Shown piece by piece: positions 1 through 9,477 of a DNA stretch of 64,000 bases. The stretch comes from Thiotrichaceae bacterium UBA5859 (lineage in GTDB: Bacteria > Pseudomonadota > Gammaproteobacteria > UBA5859). The stretch is taken from the NCBI GenBank assembly GCA_002432655.1, contig DJFZ01000055.1, forward strand, positions 1,643 to 65,642. Reading direction: 5' to 3'. The notes beneath the pieces were generated by a model, which worked only from the letters and a program-made list of their open reading frames with translations, did no database searches and was not told where the DNA came from. Made by a program: the position numbers and the translations under genes. Numbering within the stretch: position 1 is the first letter of the stretch; each line of letters starts with the position of its first letter.

Positions 1-1
1 A

Positions 2-241
2 CTAAGCTGGCCGCCAGATTTGGCCAGAATGCAAGGTGCTTGTGAACAGATCCATACCCAGTGTGGACGAATCAAAGTGCTGATTAACAATGCCAGAATC
101 TCTCTGCCTACCAAGTATTGGGAAAATTTGCACAACTGGCATAAATTAATTGAGGTCAATCTTTGGGGTGTATTGATTGGTATCCATATAAGGCATCACT
201 GGGCGAAAAGCGTATTGAATGGGCCGCAGGCTATATACTAG
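2..241 (+). pseudogene. Truncated short-chain dehydrogenase/reductase (SDR) remnant. The frame runs in from the window edge and stops about 75 aa after the NNAG motif.
   Basis: Translation from position 2 gives ...GRIKVLINNARIS...LIEVNLWGVLIG. This matches the SDR motifs (vDVLVNNAGI ... VNLxGvf). The catalytic YxxxK region is absent because the frame ends at 241. ORF track 20..241. Confidence 0.35.
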
Positions 242-369
242 AAGACGCCCCGCCTTAAGGCATTTGAAGAGTTCATGAAGGAATAGCGGCTTACTTGTTT
301 CGTTCTTATTTAGTGTCACTATTACATAATAGCGCGGTGACGTAATTTGGCGATTGGTGATTTGCTCTG

Positions 370-702
370 ATGGGATATTTTATTCTAAAAATAATCTTAA
401 CTGCATGCATTGTGGCATTTGTCTCAGAGCTGTCCAGACGTTATAGTCTAGCCGCTGCGGTTATCGCTTCGTTACCCTTGATCTCTTTATTATCCATTAT
501 ATGGATCTATATAGAGACTCGTGATATTCAAAGACTAACAGAACTATCTTATAATATATTCTGGATGGTGTTGCCCTCCCTTGCCTTCTTCTTAATATTT
601 CCGGCACTACTGAAACAGGGTGTGGTTTTTTGGGTATCAATCTTGATCGCTAGCAGTTTCACTGCCCTACTATATGGTGTAGCGATAAGACTCCTCCAGT
701 AG
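370..702 (+). CDS. Small integral membrane protein, 110 aa with about four predicted TM helices. Possibly DUF3147-like.
   Basis: ORF 370..702 is strongly hydrophobic with segments of TM length. No catalytic motif is recognisable. Confidence 0.45.
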   Translation: MGYFILKIILTACIVAFVSELSRRYSLAAAVIASLPLISLLSIIWIYIETRDIQRLTELSYNIFWMVLPSLAFFLIFPALLKQGVVFWVSILIASSFTALLYGVAIRLLQ

Positions 703-726
703 TTGGCTTGTATTGCCGTAGACAAC

Positions 727-3700
727 TTAGACTTTATTCTCATTCTTGAATTGCAAAACAAAACTATAAATTACAGGCAATACCAGAAGATTCAGAATCA
801 TCACAGTCAACATACCACCGAGCATCGGTGCGGCAATACGATGGGTAACATCTGCCCCAACACCACTACTTAACATGATTGGCACCAATCCTGCCATAGT
901 AGACATGGCCGTCATCACCACAGGTCGCACACGCTTAGAGGTGGCAGACACCACAGCTTCCCTTATCTCTAACGTTGATAATGTAGTAGGATTGCGTGTG
1001 TTTCTGAGTTCGATTTCTCGATCTATAAAACTAAGTACCAATACACCAATTTCTGCGGCCATACCTGCCAGCGCAATAAATCCCACTGCTACGGCAACAG
1101 AAATATTGTAATCGTTAAAATAGACGAACCATATGCCACCTACTAATCCAAAAGGTATTGATAACATCACTACTAACGGCTCTGTGATGTTACGAAAGTT
1201 CAAATAGAGCAGCAAAAAGATTACGACTAAGGTAGCAGGCGCCACGATTCGTAGCCGATCAGCAGCACGTTGCATATATTCGAACTGACCAGACCAAGTT
1301 AGTGTATAACCAGATGGAATTGGTACTTCAGATCTCACCACCTCTTTAGCTTTAGCAACAAAACCACCGATATCGGATGTAGAGATATCTACATACACCC
1401 AGGCATTGGGACGTGCATCTTCACTTTTGATCACTGGGGGGCCACGTTGATAACTGATATCAGCCACCAAAGCGAGAGGGATCTGTGTTCCGGTAGGTGT
1501 CGGTATCAATACTCTTTTTAATGTTTCTAGATTGTCTCTTAGTTCTCTGGGATAGCGGAGATTGACCGGATAACGCTCTAGTCCTTCCACTGTTTCCGTA
1601 ATGTTCATGCCACCGATAGCACTTTTAATCACATCTTGGACGGCACCTGTGGTGAGACCATAGCGGGCGGCCTTCTCTCGATTAATGTCAAAATCCAGGT
1701 AGTATCCACCCACTGATCGATCACCAAAAGCCGACATGGTTTCCGGCATAGACTTCATCGCTTGTTCGATCTGTTCAGAAAGCTGTTGCAACACTTTAAG
1801 GTTGGATCCGGATATTTTTATACCAATGGGTGTCTTGATACCGGTCGACAACATATCTATTCGGGTCTTGATGGGCATGGTCCAGGTATTGGCTAGTCCA
1901 GGGAACTGAATGGCCTCGTCCATTTCTGCCATTAACTCTCTTGTGGTTTTATCAGCATCAGGCCACTGTTCTTTGGGTTTTAAGCGCACAGTGGTTTCAA
2001 TCATCGCTAAGGGTGCTGAGTCAGTGGCGGTTTCCGCTCGTCCCACTTTACCAAACACATGATGCACCTCAGGAAATTGAGTGAGGATTTTATCTGTTTG
2101 TTGCAATAGCTCCTTTGCTTTGGTTATGGAAATGCCAGGAAATGTCGTTGGCATATACAAAATATCGCCTTCATCTAAAGGTGGCATAAATTCACTGCCC
2201 AATTTCGACAGCGGGTAATAGGTGAAAACCAGTAATATTAAAGCGATTAACAGTGTGCACCGCCGCCAGCGCATTGCTAATTTAAGCGCAGGGCCATGTA
2301 CCGAATGCATGGCACGATTTAGCGGATTCTGTTGTTCGGCGAAGATTTTGCCACGCAAAAAATAACCCATCATCACCGGCACTAAAGTGATTGCTAGAAT
2401 GGCGGATGCGGCCATGGCATAGGTGGCGGTAAATGCCAACGGACTGAATAGACGCCCTTCCTGTGCTTGCATGGTGAAAATGGGTAAAAAGGAAACGGTA
2501 ATCACCAATAGTGAAAAAAACAGTGCCGGTCCCACTTCGAAACAAGATTCACCAATAGTGTGCCACCGCTCTTCTGTGGTGAGCGCTCTTTTTTTCTGTT
2601 CTGTGGCTATCGCCAACTTGCTGTGAGCATTTTCCACCATCACTATCGCACCGTCCACCATGGCGCCAATGGTGATCGCAATTCCACCTAATGACATAAT
2701 GTTAGCATTCAGACCTTGAAATCTCATGACAATGAAGGCCATCAGAATACCCAGTGGTAAAGTCACTATCGCCACAAAAGCGGATCGTGCATGCATCAAA
2801 AACACAATGACCACCAAGCTGACAATGATCAATTCTTGCAATAAAGAGGTATTTAAACTCTGGATTGCGCCCTCAATCAGATCCCCTCGATCATAAACTG
2901 GCAGGATCTCAACACCAGCTGGTAATCCCTGTTTTAACGCTTCTAATTTATTGCGCACAGCTTGAATGGTGCTGAGTGCATTTTCTCCAAAACGCATCAC
3001 CACTATCCCACCCACTACTTCGCCTTCACCATTCAGATCGACTAAACCACGACGCAATTCCGGGCCGATTTGCACATGAGCAACATCTTTTAAACGTATC
3101 GGTGTACCATTGCTATTGACACCCACGGGAATGCCATTGAGATCTTCAATGGAGCGAATGTATCCATGACCGCGCACCATATACTCCGTTTCAGACATTT
3201 CTACCAAGCGGCCGCCCACATCCTGGTTTGACATTTGTATTGCCATTTTTATTGTGTTCAGGGGGATCTGATAACGTAGCAGCGCATTGGGATCGACTTC
3301 CACCTGATATTGTTTCACGTGGCCACCTACGGAAGCCACCTCTGCGACACCTTCAACTGTTTGCAATGGATAGCGTAGATACCAATCTTGTATCGATCTC
3401 AAGTGTGCCAAGTCGTGTTTACCGGATCTGTCCACTAATGCATATTCATATATCCAGCCAACTCCGGTGGCATCGGGCCCTAATGTCGGCGTCACTCCTT
3501 TCGGCAATCGCCCGCTCACATAGTTGAGTGATTCCAACACCCGGGAGCGCGCCCAATACATATCGGTATTATCTTCGAAGATGATATACACAAAGGACAT
3601 GCCGAAAAACGAATAACCACGCACCACTTTAGTATTCGGCACAGCCAACATAGATGTGGTTAATGGATAAGTGACTTGGTCTTCTACTACTTGGGGAGAT

Positions 3701-3867
3701 TGACCGGGATATTCAGTAAACACGATGACCTGAACATCCGACAGATCGGGGATCGCATCCAGAGGAATATTAATATAAGCGTATACTCCAGCTAAAGCAA
3801 TCACGGCTGCAGCGATTAACACCATGAATCGATCTCGTATGGAAGCCTCTATAATCGTTTTAATCAT
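727..3867 (-). CDS. cusA: Heavy-metal efflux RND permease, CusA type (Cu/Ag efflux pump inner-membrane subunit).
   Basis: The ORF is 1066 aa. From the internal Met (MIKTIIEASIRDRF...) it is collinear with E. coli CusA along its whole length (GPDATGVGWIYEYALVDRSGKHDL, MLSTGIKTPIGIK...). The start was moved to the ATG at 3867, which overlaps the cusB stop by 8 nt. Confidence 0.9.
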   Translation of the reverse strand: MIKTIIEASIRDRFMVLIAAAVIALAGVYAYINIPLDAIPDLSDVQVIVFTEYPGQSPQVVEDQVTYPLTTSMLAVPNTKVVRGYSFFGMSFVYIIFEDNTDMYWARSRVLESLNYVSGRLPKGVTPTLGPDATGVGWIYEYALVDRSGKHDLAHLRSIQDWYLRYPLQTVEGVAEVASVGGHVKQYQVEVDPNALLRYQIPLNTIKMAIQMSNQDVGGRLVEMSETEYMVRGHGYIRSIEDLNGIPVGVNSNGTPIRLKDVAHVQIGPELRRGLVDLNGEGEVVGGIVVMRFGENALSTIQAVRNKLEALKQGLPAGVEILPVYDRGDLIEGAIQSLNTSLLQELIIVSLVVIVFLMHARSAFVAIVTLPLGILMAFIVMRFQGLNANIMSLGGIAITIGAMVDGAIVMVENAHSKLAIATEQKKRALTTEERWHTIGESCFEVGPALFFSLLVITVSFLPIFTMQAQEGRLFSPLAFTATYAMAASAILAITLVPVMMGYFLRGKIFAEQQNPLNRAMHSVHGPALKLAMRWRRCTLLIALILLVFTYYPLSKLGSEFMPPLDEGDILYMPTTFPGISITKAKELLQQTDKILTQFPEVHHVFGKVGRAETATDSAPLAMIETTVRLKPKEQWPDADKTTRELMAEMDEAIQFPGLANTWTMPIKTRIDMLSTGIKTPIGIKISGSNLKVLQQLSEQIEQAMKSMPETMSAFGDRSVGGYYLDFDINREKAARYGLTTGAVQDVIKSAIGGMNITETVEGLERYPVNLRYPRELRDNLETLKRVLIPTPTGTQIPLALVADISYQRGPPVIKSEDARPNAWVYVDISTSDIGGFVAKAKEVVRSEVPIPSGYTLTWSGQFEYMQRAADRLRIVAPATLVVIFLLLYLNFRNITEPLVVMLSIPFGLVGGIWFVYFNDYNISVAVAVGFIALAGMAAEIGVLVLSFIDREIELRNTRNPTTLSTLEIREAVVSATSKRVRPVVMTAMSTMAGLVPIMLSSGVGADVTHRIAAPMLGGMLTVMILNLLVLPVIYSFVLQFKNENKV

Positions 3868-5173
3868 GATTATGTGCACCAGCGGAAGAGCCTTCCTCCT
3901 CATTGGGGGTAGGATTCTGTTCTGCATTCATCGTCTCTAACATTTTGGCAGTGGCTTCTCTTAGTTTTGATTCGGAATCCAATAAAAACTGTGCAGAAGT
4001 CACCACCTGTTCGCCGACATCTACACCCGATAGTACCGACACTCTTCCTTCGGACTCCACACCTAGTTGTACAATCCGAGGCTCATACTTTCCGGTAGCA
4101 CGCACCACGAAAACTTGAGTTCGACTACCACTGCGTACCACAGCCTCAGAGGGAATAACAATCGCATCTTTTTCAACATCCGATTGTATTTTGATGTCTG
4201 CAAACATGTCCGGACGCAGCAGCTGCGCCTGATTATCGAACACCATTCTGACTTTCGTGGTACGAGTGCTAGAATCTGCGTAGGGATATATGTAGGAGAC
4301 CGCACCCATAAATGTCTTCCCCGGTACAGCAGCCAAAGTCATTTCCACTTGGTCGCCAATTTTGACCCAAGGAAGTTCATATTCATACACGTCTGCGTAC
4401 ACCCATACGGTATTTAAATCTACAATCATGTATAGCTCTGTTTGTGGCGTGACAAACTGACCTTGTCTGGCGCCGATGCGGATTGCAGTACCCTTAACAG
4501 GTGAATGAATATGCAGACTCTTTTTTATTTCTCTAGTTTGTTCTAATTCCAGAATTTGATGCTCCGGCACGTCGAGAAGCGTCAAGCGTTCACGAGAACT
4601 TTTTACCAAATTAATTGCGCCGCTTCTCACTTCTTTGAAGGGACTGGTTTCCAATGCAGCCAAATTGTTCAATGCCAATAGATATTCCTGCTGCGCGGAG
4701 ACCAATTTAGGTGAATAGATCCTGAGTAACATTTGGTTGTGCTCTACGGCCTGACCGGTTTTATCCACCCAGATCTCTTCTATCCATCCATCTACCTTTG
4801 GATGTAAATGAATCATGCTCTCTTCATTAAAGTCCACTCGCCCCGCTGTTCGCACCAGTCGACTCATCGATTCTAGTTTTGCCTGCGCTGTACGCACGCC
4901 AATGTTTTGCACCACCACTGGATCGATCTCAACCGTGCCTACCACCTCCTGCTGACCCGAATCTGCATAAACCGGTATGTAGTCCATGCCCATAGAGTCC
5001 TTAGTTGGTATGGGTGAAGTAATAGTAGGATCCATAGGGTTACGGTAAAACAGAGGCGTTGAACTCTCTTGCACAATAGGTTCTGCAGGTGAGTGAAAAG
5101 TAGATAACCCATAACCAACAGCTAAACCCACCAACAACATAAAAATAGCCACAATAACAGTAGACTTACTCAT
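3860..5173 (-). CDS. cusB: Efflux RND periplasmic adaptor subunit, CusB-like. His-rich C-terminus.
   Basis: The N-terminal metal-binding segment YRNPMDP...KDSMGMDYIPVYAD parallels CusB (YDPMYP...KSPFMDMDLVPKYAD). It is a membrane-fusion-protein fold, and the C-terminus ends GAHNHD as in CusB (ATHAH). It overlaps the cusC start by 8 nt and the cusA start. Confidence 0.85.
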   Translation of the reverse strand: MSKSTVIVAIFMLLVGLAVGYGLSTFHSPAEPIVQESSTPLFYRNPMDPTITSPIPTKDSMGMDYIPVYADSGQQEVVGTVEIDPVVVQNIGVRTAQAKLESMSRLVRTAGRVDFNEESMIHLHPKVDGWIEEIWVDKTGQAVEHNQMLLRIYSPKLVSAQQEYLLALNNLAALETSPFKEVRSGAINLVKSSRERLTLLDVPEHQILELEQTREIKKSLHIHSPVKGTAIRIGARQGQFVTPQTELYMIVDLNTVWVYADVYEYELPWVKIGDQVEMTLAAVPGKTFMGAVSYIYPYADSSTRTTKVRMVFDNQAQLLRPDMFADIKIQSDVEKDAIVIPSEAVVRSGSRTQVFVVRATGKYEPRIVQLGVESEGRVSVLSGVDVGEQVVTSAQFLLDSESKLREATAKMLETMNAEQNPTPNEEEGSSAGAHNHD

Positions 5174-6542
5174 AGACTGATTCCGTTCCCACAGCTGCCT
5201 GTATTCGCGCTAAAGCTTGATTCGCTTCAGCGAGTGCTTGCCAATATTGAAGTTCGTAATTGAATAAAGTTACCTGGCTGCGTACCAAGTTTAAAAAGTC
5301 CACAACATTTACCTGATAACCGGCAAGCATGGACTCTACTGTTTGTGTCGCTTGGGGTACGATTCCACTAGAAAATAACAGGTATTGTTCCTGTGCGCGC
5401 CGAAAGTCAACCACAGCAGCAGAAATTTGAGACCGCACCTCTTCTTGTTTGTCTTGCACCGAATATTGATTGCTTTCTAATTCTTTACTCATCTGGGCGA
5501 CTGCCTGAGATTGCTTTTGTCCCGCATAAAGCGGTACTTTGACACCCAGCATCAGGGTGACAAGATCAGCACGTTTGTCACCATTGCCAGGGTTCTCACC
5601 TGTGCGCTCACCAAACATAAGACCAAGATTAAAGTTAGGATAATAGTTTCGTTGAGCCAGAGTTAGTCTAGTTTCTGCAGCGTCAAGACGATGTTGGACA
5701 AGCTTTAGCAATGGCCTGTTATTCTCGGCCAAGTCATAGAGTGCTTCTGTGGACCGCAAGTTAGGGATCTCTCTAGTCACATCAGTAGGCAATAAGATGG
5801 CTGACTCGGAAGCTCGATTCATTAGCAAATTAAAACCAATACTTTGGGTTTGACGAGCAGCTAATAATTGAATTCGTCGATCCAATAGTCTCGATAGCTC
5901 TAGTTGTGACAGCAATACATCCTGTTGTAACCCTTTGCCTGTTTCATATTTGGTTTGAGCGACAGTGATAAATTGTTCCAATAACACTTGAGTCTGATTA
6001 ATCGTCTCCAGTGCGCGATCTAGATAATAAAGCTGCCACCATGTATCTTTAACCTTTTTAATTAATTGCAGCCGCGCTTCTGCCAAGTTTTGCTCAGCAA
6101 CTTTTGCCATTAATTCTGCTATCTCCCCTTTTAATCGTAATTTTCCGGGAAAAGGCAGCGACTGGCTGATGCCAATCTGTAATTGCGTCATGGGCTCTTG
6201 CTCACGGTCGAAAGTATCTACCGGGAAGTTCATCGCATTGAGATGAATCATCGGATCCGGTAAAGCACGCTGTTGGGCCGGCAGCAGGGATAGCGATTGA
6301 AAACGTGAATCTATTTCTGCCAAGTTGGGGTTGTCTCGTACCGCGATGTCGATCGCCTTACTTAATTCAAGAGGTTCTTCGGATCCGTTGTTTGCTAGTA
6401 CGTTCGGAGTCGATGACAACAGTGCGTAGGCCAAAAATGTTGGTAGAGTCAATCGTCGATTGACATTCAACCAATATCCAATAACCCAAATATCTCTAAT
6501 TCGGTTGATTGTGGTGATTAATATGGTGCTCATAGTGGACAA
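5166..6542 (-). CDS. cusC: Outer membrane efflux protein (TolC/OMF family, CusC-like). Apparently not a lipoprotein.
   Basis: 458 aa with two-repeat OMF coiled-coil architecture. It is first in operon order, overlapping cusB. The N-terminus has a signal-peptide-like stretch ...LAYALLSSTPNVLA but no lipobox Cys. Confidence 0.8.
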   Translation of the reverse strand: MSTMSTILITTINRIRDIWVIGYWLNVNRRLTLPTFLAYALLSSTPNVLANNGSEEPLELSKAIDIAVRDNPNLAEIDSRFQSLSLLPAQQRALPDPMIHLNAMNFPVDTFDREQEPMTQLQIGISQSLPFPGKLRLKGEIAELMAKVAEQNLAEARLQLIKKVKDTWWQLYYLDRALETINQTQVLLEQFITVAQTKYETGKGLQQDVLLSQLELSRLLDRRIQLLAARQTQSIGFNLLMNRASESAILLPTDVTREIPNLRSTEALYDLAENNRPLLKLVQHRLDAAETRLTLAQRNYYPNFNLGLMFGERTGENPGNGDKRADLVTLMLGVKVPLYAGQKQSQAVAQMSKELESNQYSVQDKQEEVRSQISAAVVDFRRAQEQYLLFSSGIVPQATQTVESMLAGYQVNVVDFLNLVRSQVTLFNYELQYWQALAEANQALARIQAAVGTESVYE

Positions 6543-6762
6543 TACATTTCTAATATAAGTTTTCTTAAACAGTTCTTGTGGTTTTTGAGATTACAAACTC
6601 GTTCGAATGAAGTTCGCCCGAGATCTACCCTCATTTCTCCTGGCAGATTCTCCAGCAAGTGCCAGTAGTACCATTAAATACAAATGTTCGGATCGTCAGG
6701 TATAAGCAATCGCCACATTGAATACGGTATTAGCCAAGCGCTAATGACAGAGCCGCAAGATT

Positions 6763-7140
6763 TTAGGAAAAGAGAATAGGAGGACGATAAATAGAATGAT
6801 TCAAGAGTTGTCTTAATGGATCTTCTACGAGACCAAATTGCGTGGTAGTCGTCAGGCTCGTTGTAGAGGCTAGAGCGACAGGACCGAAACCCACTTTTAC
6901 ACAGTGACCCAAGGAGGCACAAATATCGTTAGTATCACAACAATCAGTTTGATTCGTGCCCATCTCATCAATATTCGAGACATCAACAGTGTGGTTTGTG
7001 TGATCAACCATCTCCATGGTGACCACACCAGCATGCACTGTACCCATCGTGCAACTAGGTACGGCATAGGCCAGCGACTGCCCCATAAAACAGAGCAGAA
7101 CAAACATGTACAGTGTTGATTTCAAATTCTGAAATTTCAC
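6763..7140 (-). CDS. Small secreted Cys/His/Met-rich protein immediately upstream of cusC. Putative periplasmic metal-binding protein (CzcI/DUF2946-like).
   Basis: Signal peptide MKFQNLKSTLYMFVLLCFMGQSLAYA. The mature part has H-x-H and Met-rich segments (VHAGVVTMEMVDHTNHTV), a CC...C...HC cluster (DCCDTNDICASLGHC) and a C-terminal RPP motif. It sits on the same strand 220 bp upstream of cusC, and there is no CusF homologue elsewhere in the operon. Confidence 0.5.
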   Translation of the reverse strand: MKFQNLKSTLYMFVLLCFMGQSLAYAVPSCTMGTVHAGVVTMEMVDHTNHTVDVSNIDEMGTNQTDCCDTNDICASLGHCVKVGFGPVALASTTSLTTTTQFGLVEDPLRQLLNHSIYRPPILFS

Positions 7141-7230
7141 GGTTTTTGCTGGATAATTAATTTGTCAACTTATAAATAGTCTAGCTTAACTGATTATATC
7201 GACGCAAATCAGCCAATCTTCATTGTTGGT

Positions 7231-8922
7231 TTAATCGTATTGACTAGGATCTGAAATTACTAAGGTATGTACATTTAGTTCAGCTTCAATCTGCTGTACG
7301 GCTTTAAATTGACTCAAAAACACCTCTCCAGTGAGATCGTCAAGAAAACTTGTCAATTTAAGTTTATCCATTACAGGCCCTTTTACCTCAGACAAATGAA
7401 AACAGACTCCTGCGTCTTTCAATCGCAGATTGATCGCTTCCATACTCTCTAGCGCGCTCGCATCGATGGCATTAATCGCTGAACACATTAAGATCACATG
7501 TTTCGCTTCGCTGTTGGCGGTAATTAACTCGAAAATTTTATCTTCGAGAAAACGGGCATTGGCAAAATAGAGGCTTTCGTCCACTCTTAAAGTAATAATA
7601 TGTGGATTAGTTAACACCGCATGTCGATGAATATTGCGGAAATGTTCGGTGCCGGGAACTTGGCCCACCACCGCACAGTGTGGACGACTGGTGCGATATA
7701 AAAATAGCAGCAAAGAAAGCACCACGCCGGTTAAGACTCCCGACTCAATGCCAAACATCAATGTGCCCAGCAAGGTGGCTGCCATGGCGATAAAATCACT
7801 CTTGGAATATCTCCAAGTTTTAAAAAAGGCAGGGATATCCACCAATGATAAAACAGCGACAATGATGGTCGCAGCGAGCGTCGCTTTCGGCAGATAATAC
7901 AACGCAGGTGTCAGAAATAGCGCCACTAGTGCGATACCCATGGCCGTCAGAGCGCCGGCTGCCGGCGTACGCGCACCGGCATCAAAGTTGACCACGGAGC
8001 GTGCGAATCCTCCGGTAACAGGATAGCCTCCCGTTAATCCTGCCGCCACGTTAGCTGTCCCCAAGCCGATCAGCTCCTGATTAGGATCAATGCGTTCACG
8101 TCGCTTGGCTGCCAAAGTTTGGGAAACAGAAACCGACTCGACAAAACCGATCACACTGATAAGAACCGCGGAGCGGGAAAGATTAAGCCAAAGTTCTTTA
8201 TCAAAAGCAGGTAGTGTGAATGGTGGAAGACCTTGAGGCACACTGCCCACAGTGGCCACGCCCACAGAGGCCAAATTCGCGATAATGGTCACCCCCGTGG
8301 TCACTACAATCGCCACAATGGGTGCAGTTTTAGTCAGCAAAATTGCGGAACGTTGAGGCATTCCCACGGTTTCTAAAACGGACTGTAACTGAACACGCAC
8401 CAAATATAGAAACACTAGACTGGACACGCCTATAGATAGGGTGGGTATATTGGTGTTCATCAAATCGCTCACGGTAGCGCTGATTAGGGAGATAAAATTA
8501 TTACCGCTGACTTCGAGCCCCAGTATATATTTTACTTGGCTGGTTGCGATGAGTATTCCTGCCGCAGATATAAACCCTGAAATGACGGGATGGCTGAGAA
8601 AATTGGCCAGAAATCCCGCCCGCAAAGCACCTAAGGCCATTAAAAAAATACCCGATAAAAAAGCTAATGTGAATGCGGCACTCCAATACTCGGTCGTTCC
8701 CAATGGTGCGACTTTAGAAATCGCTTCCGCCGTCATGAGCGAGACGATCGCCACGGGCCCAATCGCCAATACTCGGCTGGTGCCGAAAATGGCGTAAAGT
8801 AAAAGTGGGGCAATACTGGCGTACAATCCTACTTCTGCAGGCAATCCAGCCAATAATGCGTATGCGAGGGATTGTGGGATTAACATCAAAGTGACAATAA
8901 CTGCCGCCACCATATCATCCAC
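7231..8922 (-). CDS. SulP family inorganic anion (sulfate) permease with C-terminal STAS domain.
   Basis: N-terminal SulP signature (LIPQSLAYALLAGLPAEVGLYASIAPLLLYAIFGTSR) with multi-TM core. The C-terminal STAS domain reads HVILMCSAINAIDASALESMEAINLRLKDAGVCFHLSEV. Confidence 0.85.
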   Translation of the reverse strand: MDDMVAAVIVTLMLIPQSLAYALLAGLPAEVGLYASIAPLLLYAIFGTSRVLAIGPVAIVSLMTAEAISKVAPLGTTEYWSAAFTLAFLSGIFLMALGALRAGFLANFLSHPVISGFISAAGILIATSQVKYILGLEVSGNNFISLISATVSDLMNTNIPTLSIGVSSLVFLYLVRVQLQSVLETVGMPQRSAILLTKTAPIVAIVVTTGVTIIANLASVGVATVGSVPQGLPPFTLPAFDKELWLNLSRSAVLISVIGFVESVSVSQTLAAKRRERIDPNQELIGLGTANVAAGLTGGYPVTGGFARSVVNFDAGARTPAAGALTAMGIALVALFLTPALYYLPKATLAATIIVAVLSLVDIPAFFKTWRYSKSDFIAMAATLLGTLMFGIESGVLTGVVLSLLLFLYRTSRPHCAVVGQVPGTEHFRNIHRHAVLTNPHIITLRVDESLYFANARFLEDKIFELITANSEAKHVILMCSAINAIDASALESMEAINLRLKDAGVCFHLSEVKGPVMDKLKLTSFLDDLTGEVFLSQFKAVQQIEAELNVHTLVISDPSQYD

Positions 8923-9025
8923 TAACAGTTCGCTGTTATAAGTCCGTGCCCACTCGAGACAAGGCAGATAAGACCTTAAAGTGCGGTTAATCGTCTATCT
9001 CCAAGTCTAACAACTGGAATGATTG

Positions 9026-9475
9026 TTAATCTGAGGTTCCCCCACGAGTCTCTATACGGGCCCTAAGAGAGGAAAGATCGTACCCTGCCTGGTGGCAACG
9101 TGAGAGGATTTCTTCTGTGTTTAATGTGCCAACTTGAGACAAAGCCCACAACACAGTGCAACGGGTACCGGTTCGGCAGAACGCTAGCACGGGGCCTTCT
9201 ACCGAATCCAATAATTGCTCAAAAATATCTATGTCTTGATCTGTGATGTTGCCAGAAATGACAGGCTGATGGTGATATTCGATTCCTTCTTTTTGCGCAA
9301 CCTCGGCCAATTGGGAAGAGCTGGGTTGATTATCCGCTTCATCATCTGGGCGGTTATTGATAATGGTTTTGAATCCCAGTTTGGCAATCTCTGGCACATC
9401 ATCAGGGGAAATTTGAACGCTCACTGCGAATTCGGATGTTAGATGACTGCATTGCATGCTTTTTTGTCCTACCAA
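9026..9475 (-). CDS. DUF442/TIGR01244-type sulfurtransferase-like (phosphatase-fold) protein. This is the beta-lactamase-hydrolase-like N-domain family that is often fused or adjacent to persulfide dioxygenases.
   Basis: 149 aa with a Cys-containing P-loop-like motif (LAFCRTGTRCTVLW). It lies 3 bp downstream of the MBL-fold gene on the same strand. Confidence 0.55.
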   Translation of the reverse strand: MVGQKSMQCSHLTSEFAVSVQISPDDVPEIAKLGFKTIINNRPDDEADNQPSSSQLAEVAQKEGIEYHHQPVISGNITDQDIDIFEQLLDSVEGPVLAFCRTGTRCTVLWALSQVGTLNTEEILSRCHQAGYDLSSLRARIETRGGTSD

Positions 9476-9477
9476 AA

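Noticed and set aside
549-4417. Multiple 60-125-aa ORFs inside or antisense to cusA/cusB (549..761, 875..1111, 2282..2545, 2423..2626, 3228..3527, 3903..4118, 4063..4305, 4067..4417)
   Set aside because: They lie entirely inside long, well-supported genes in other frames or on the opposite strand. They have no RBS and show low-complexity or odd composition. These are shadow ORFs.
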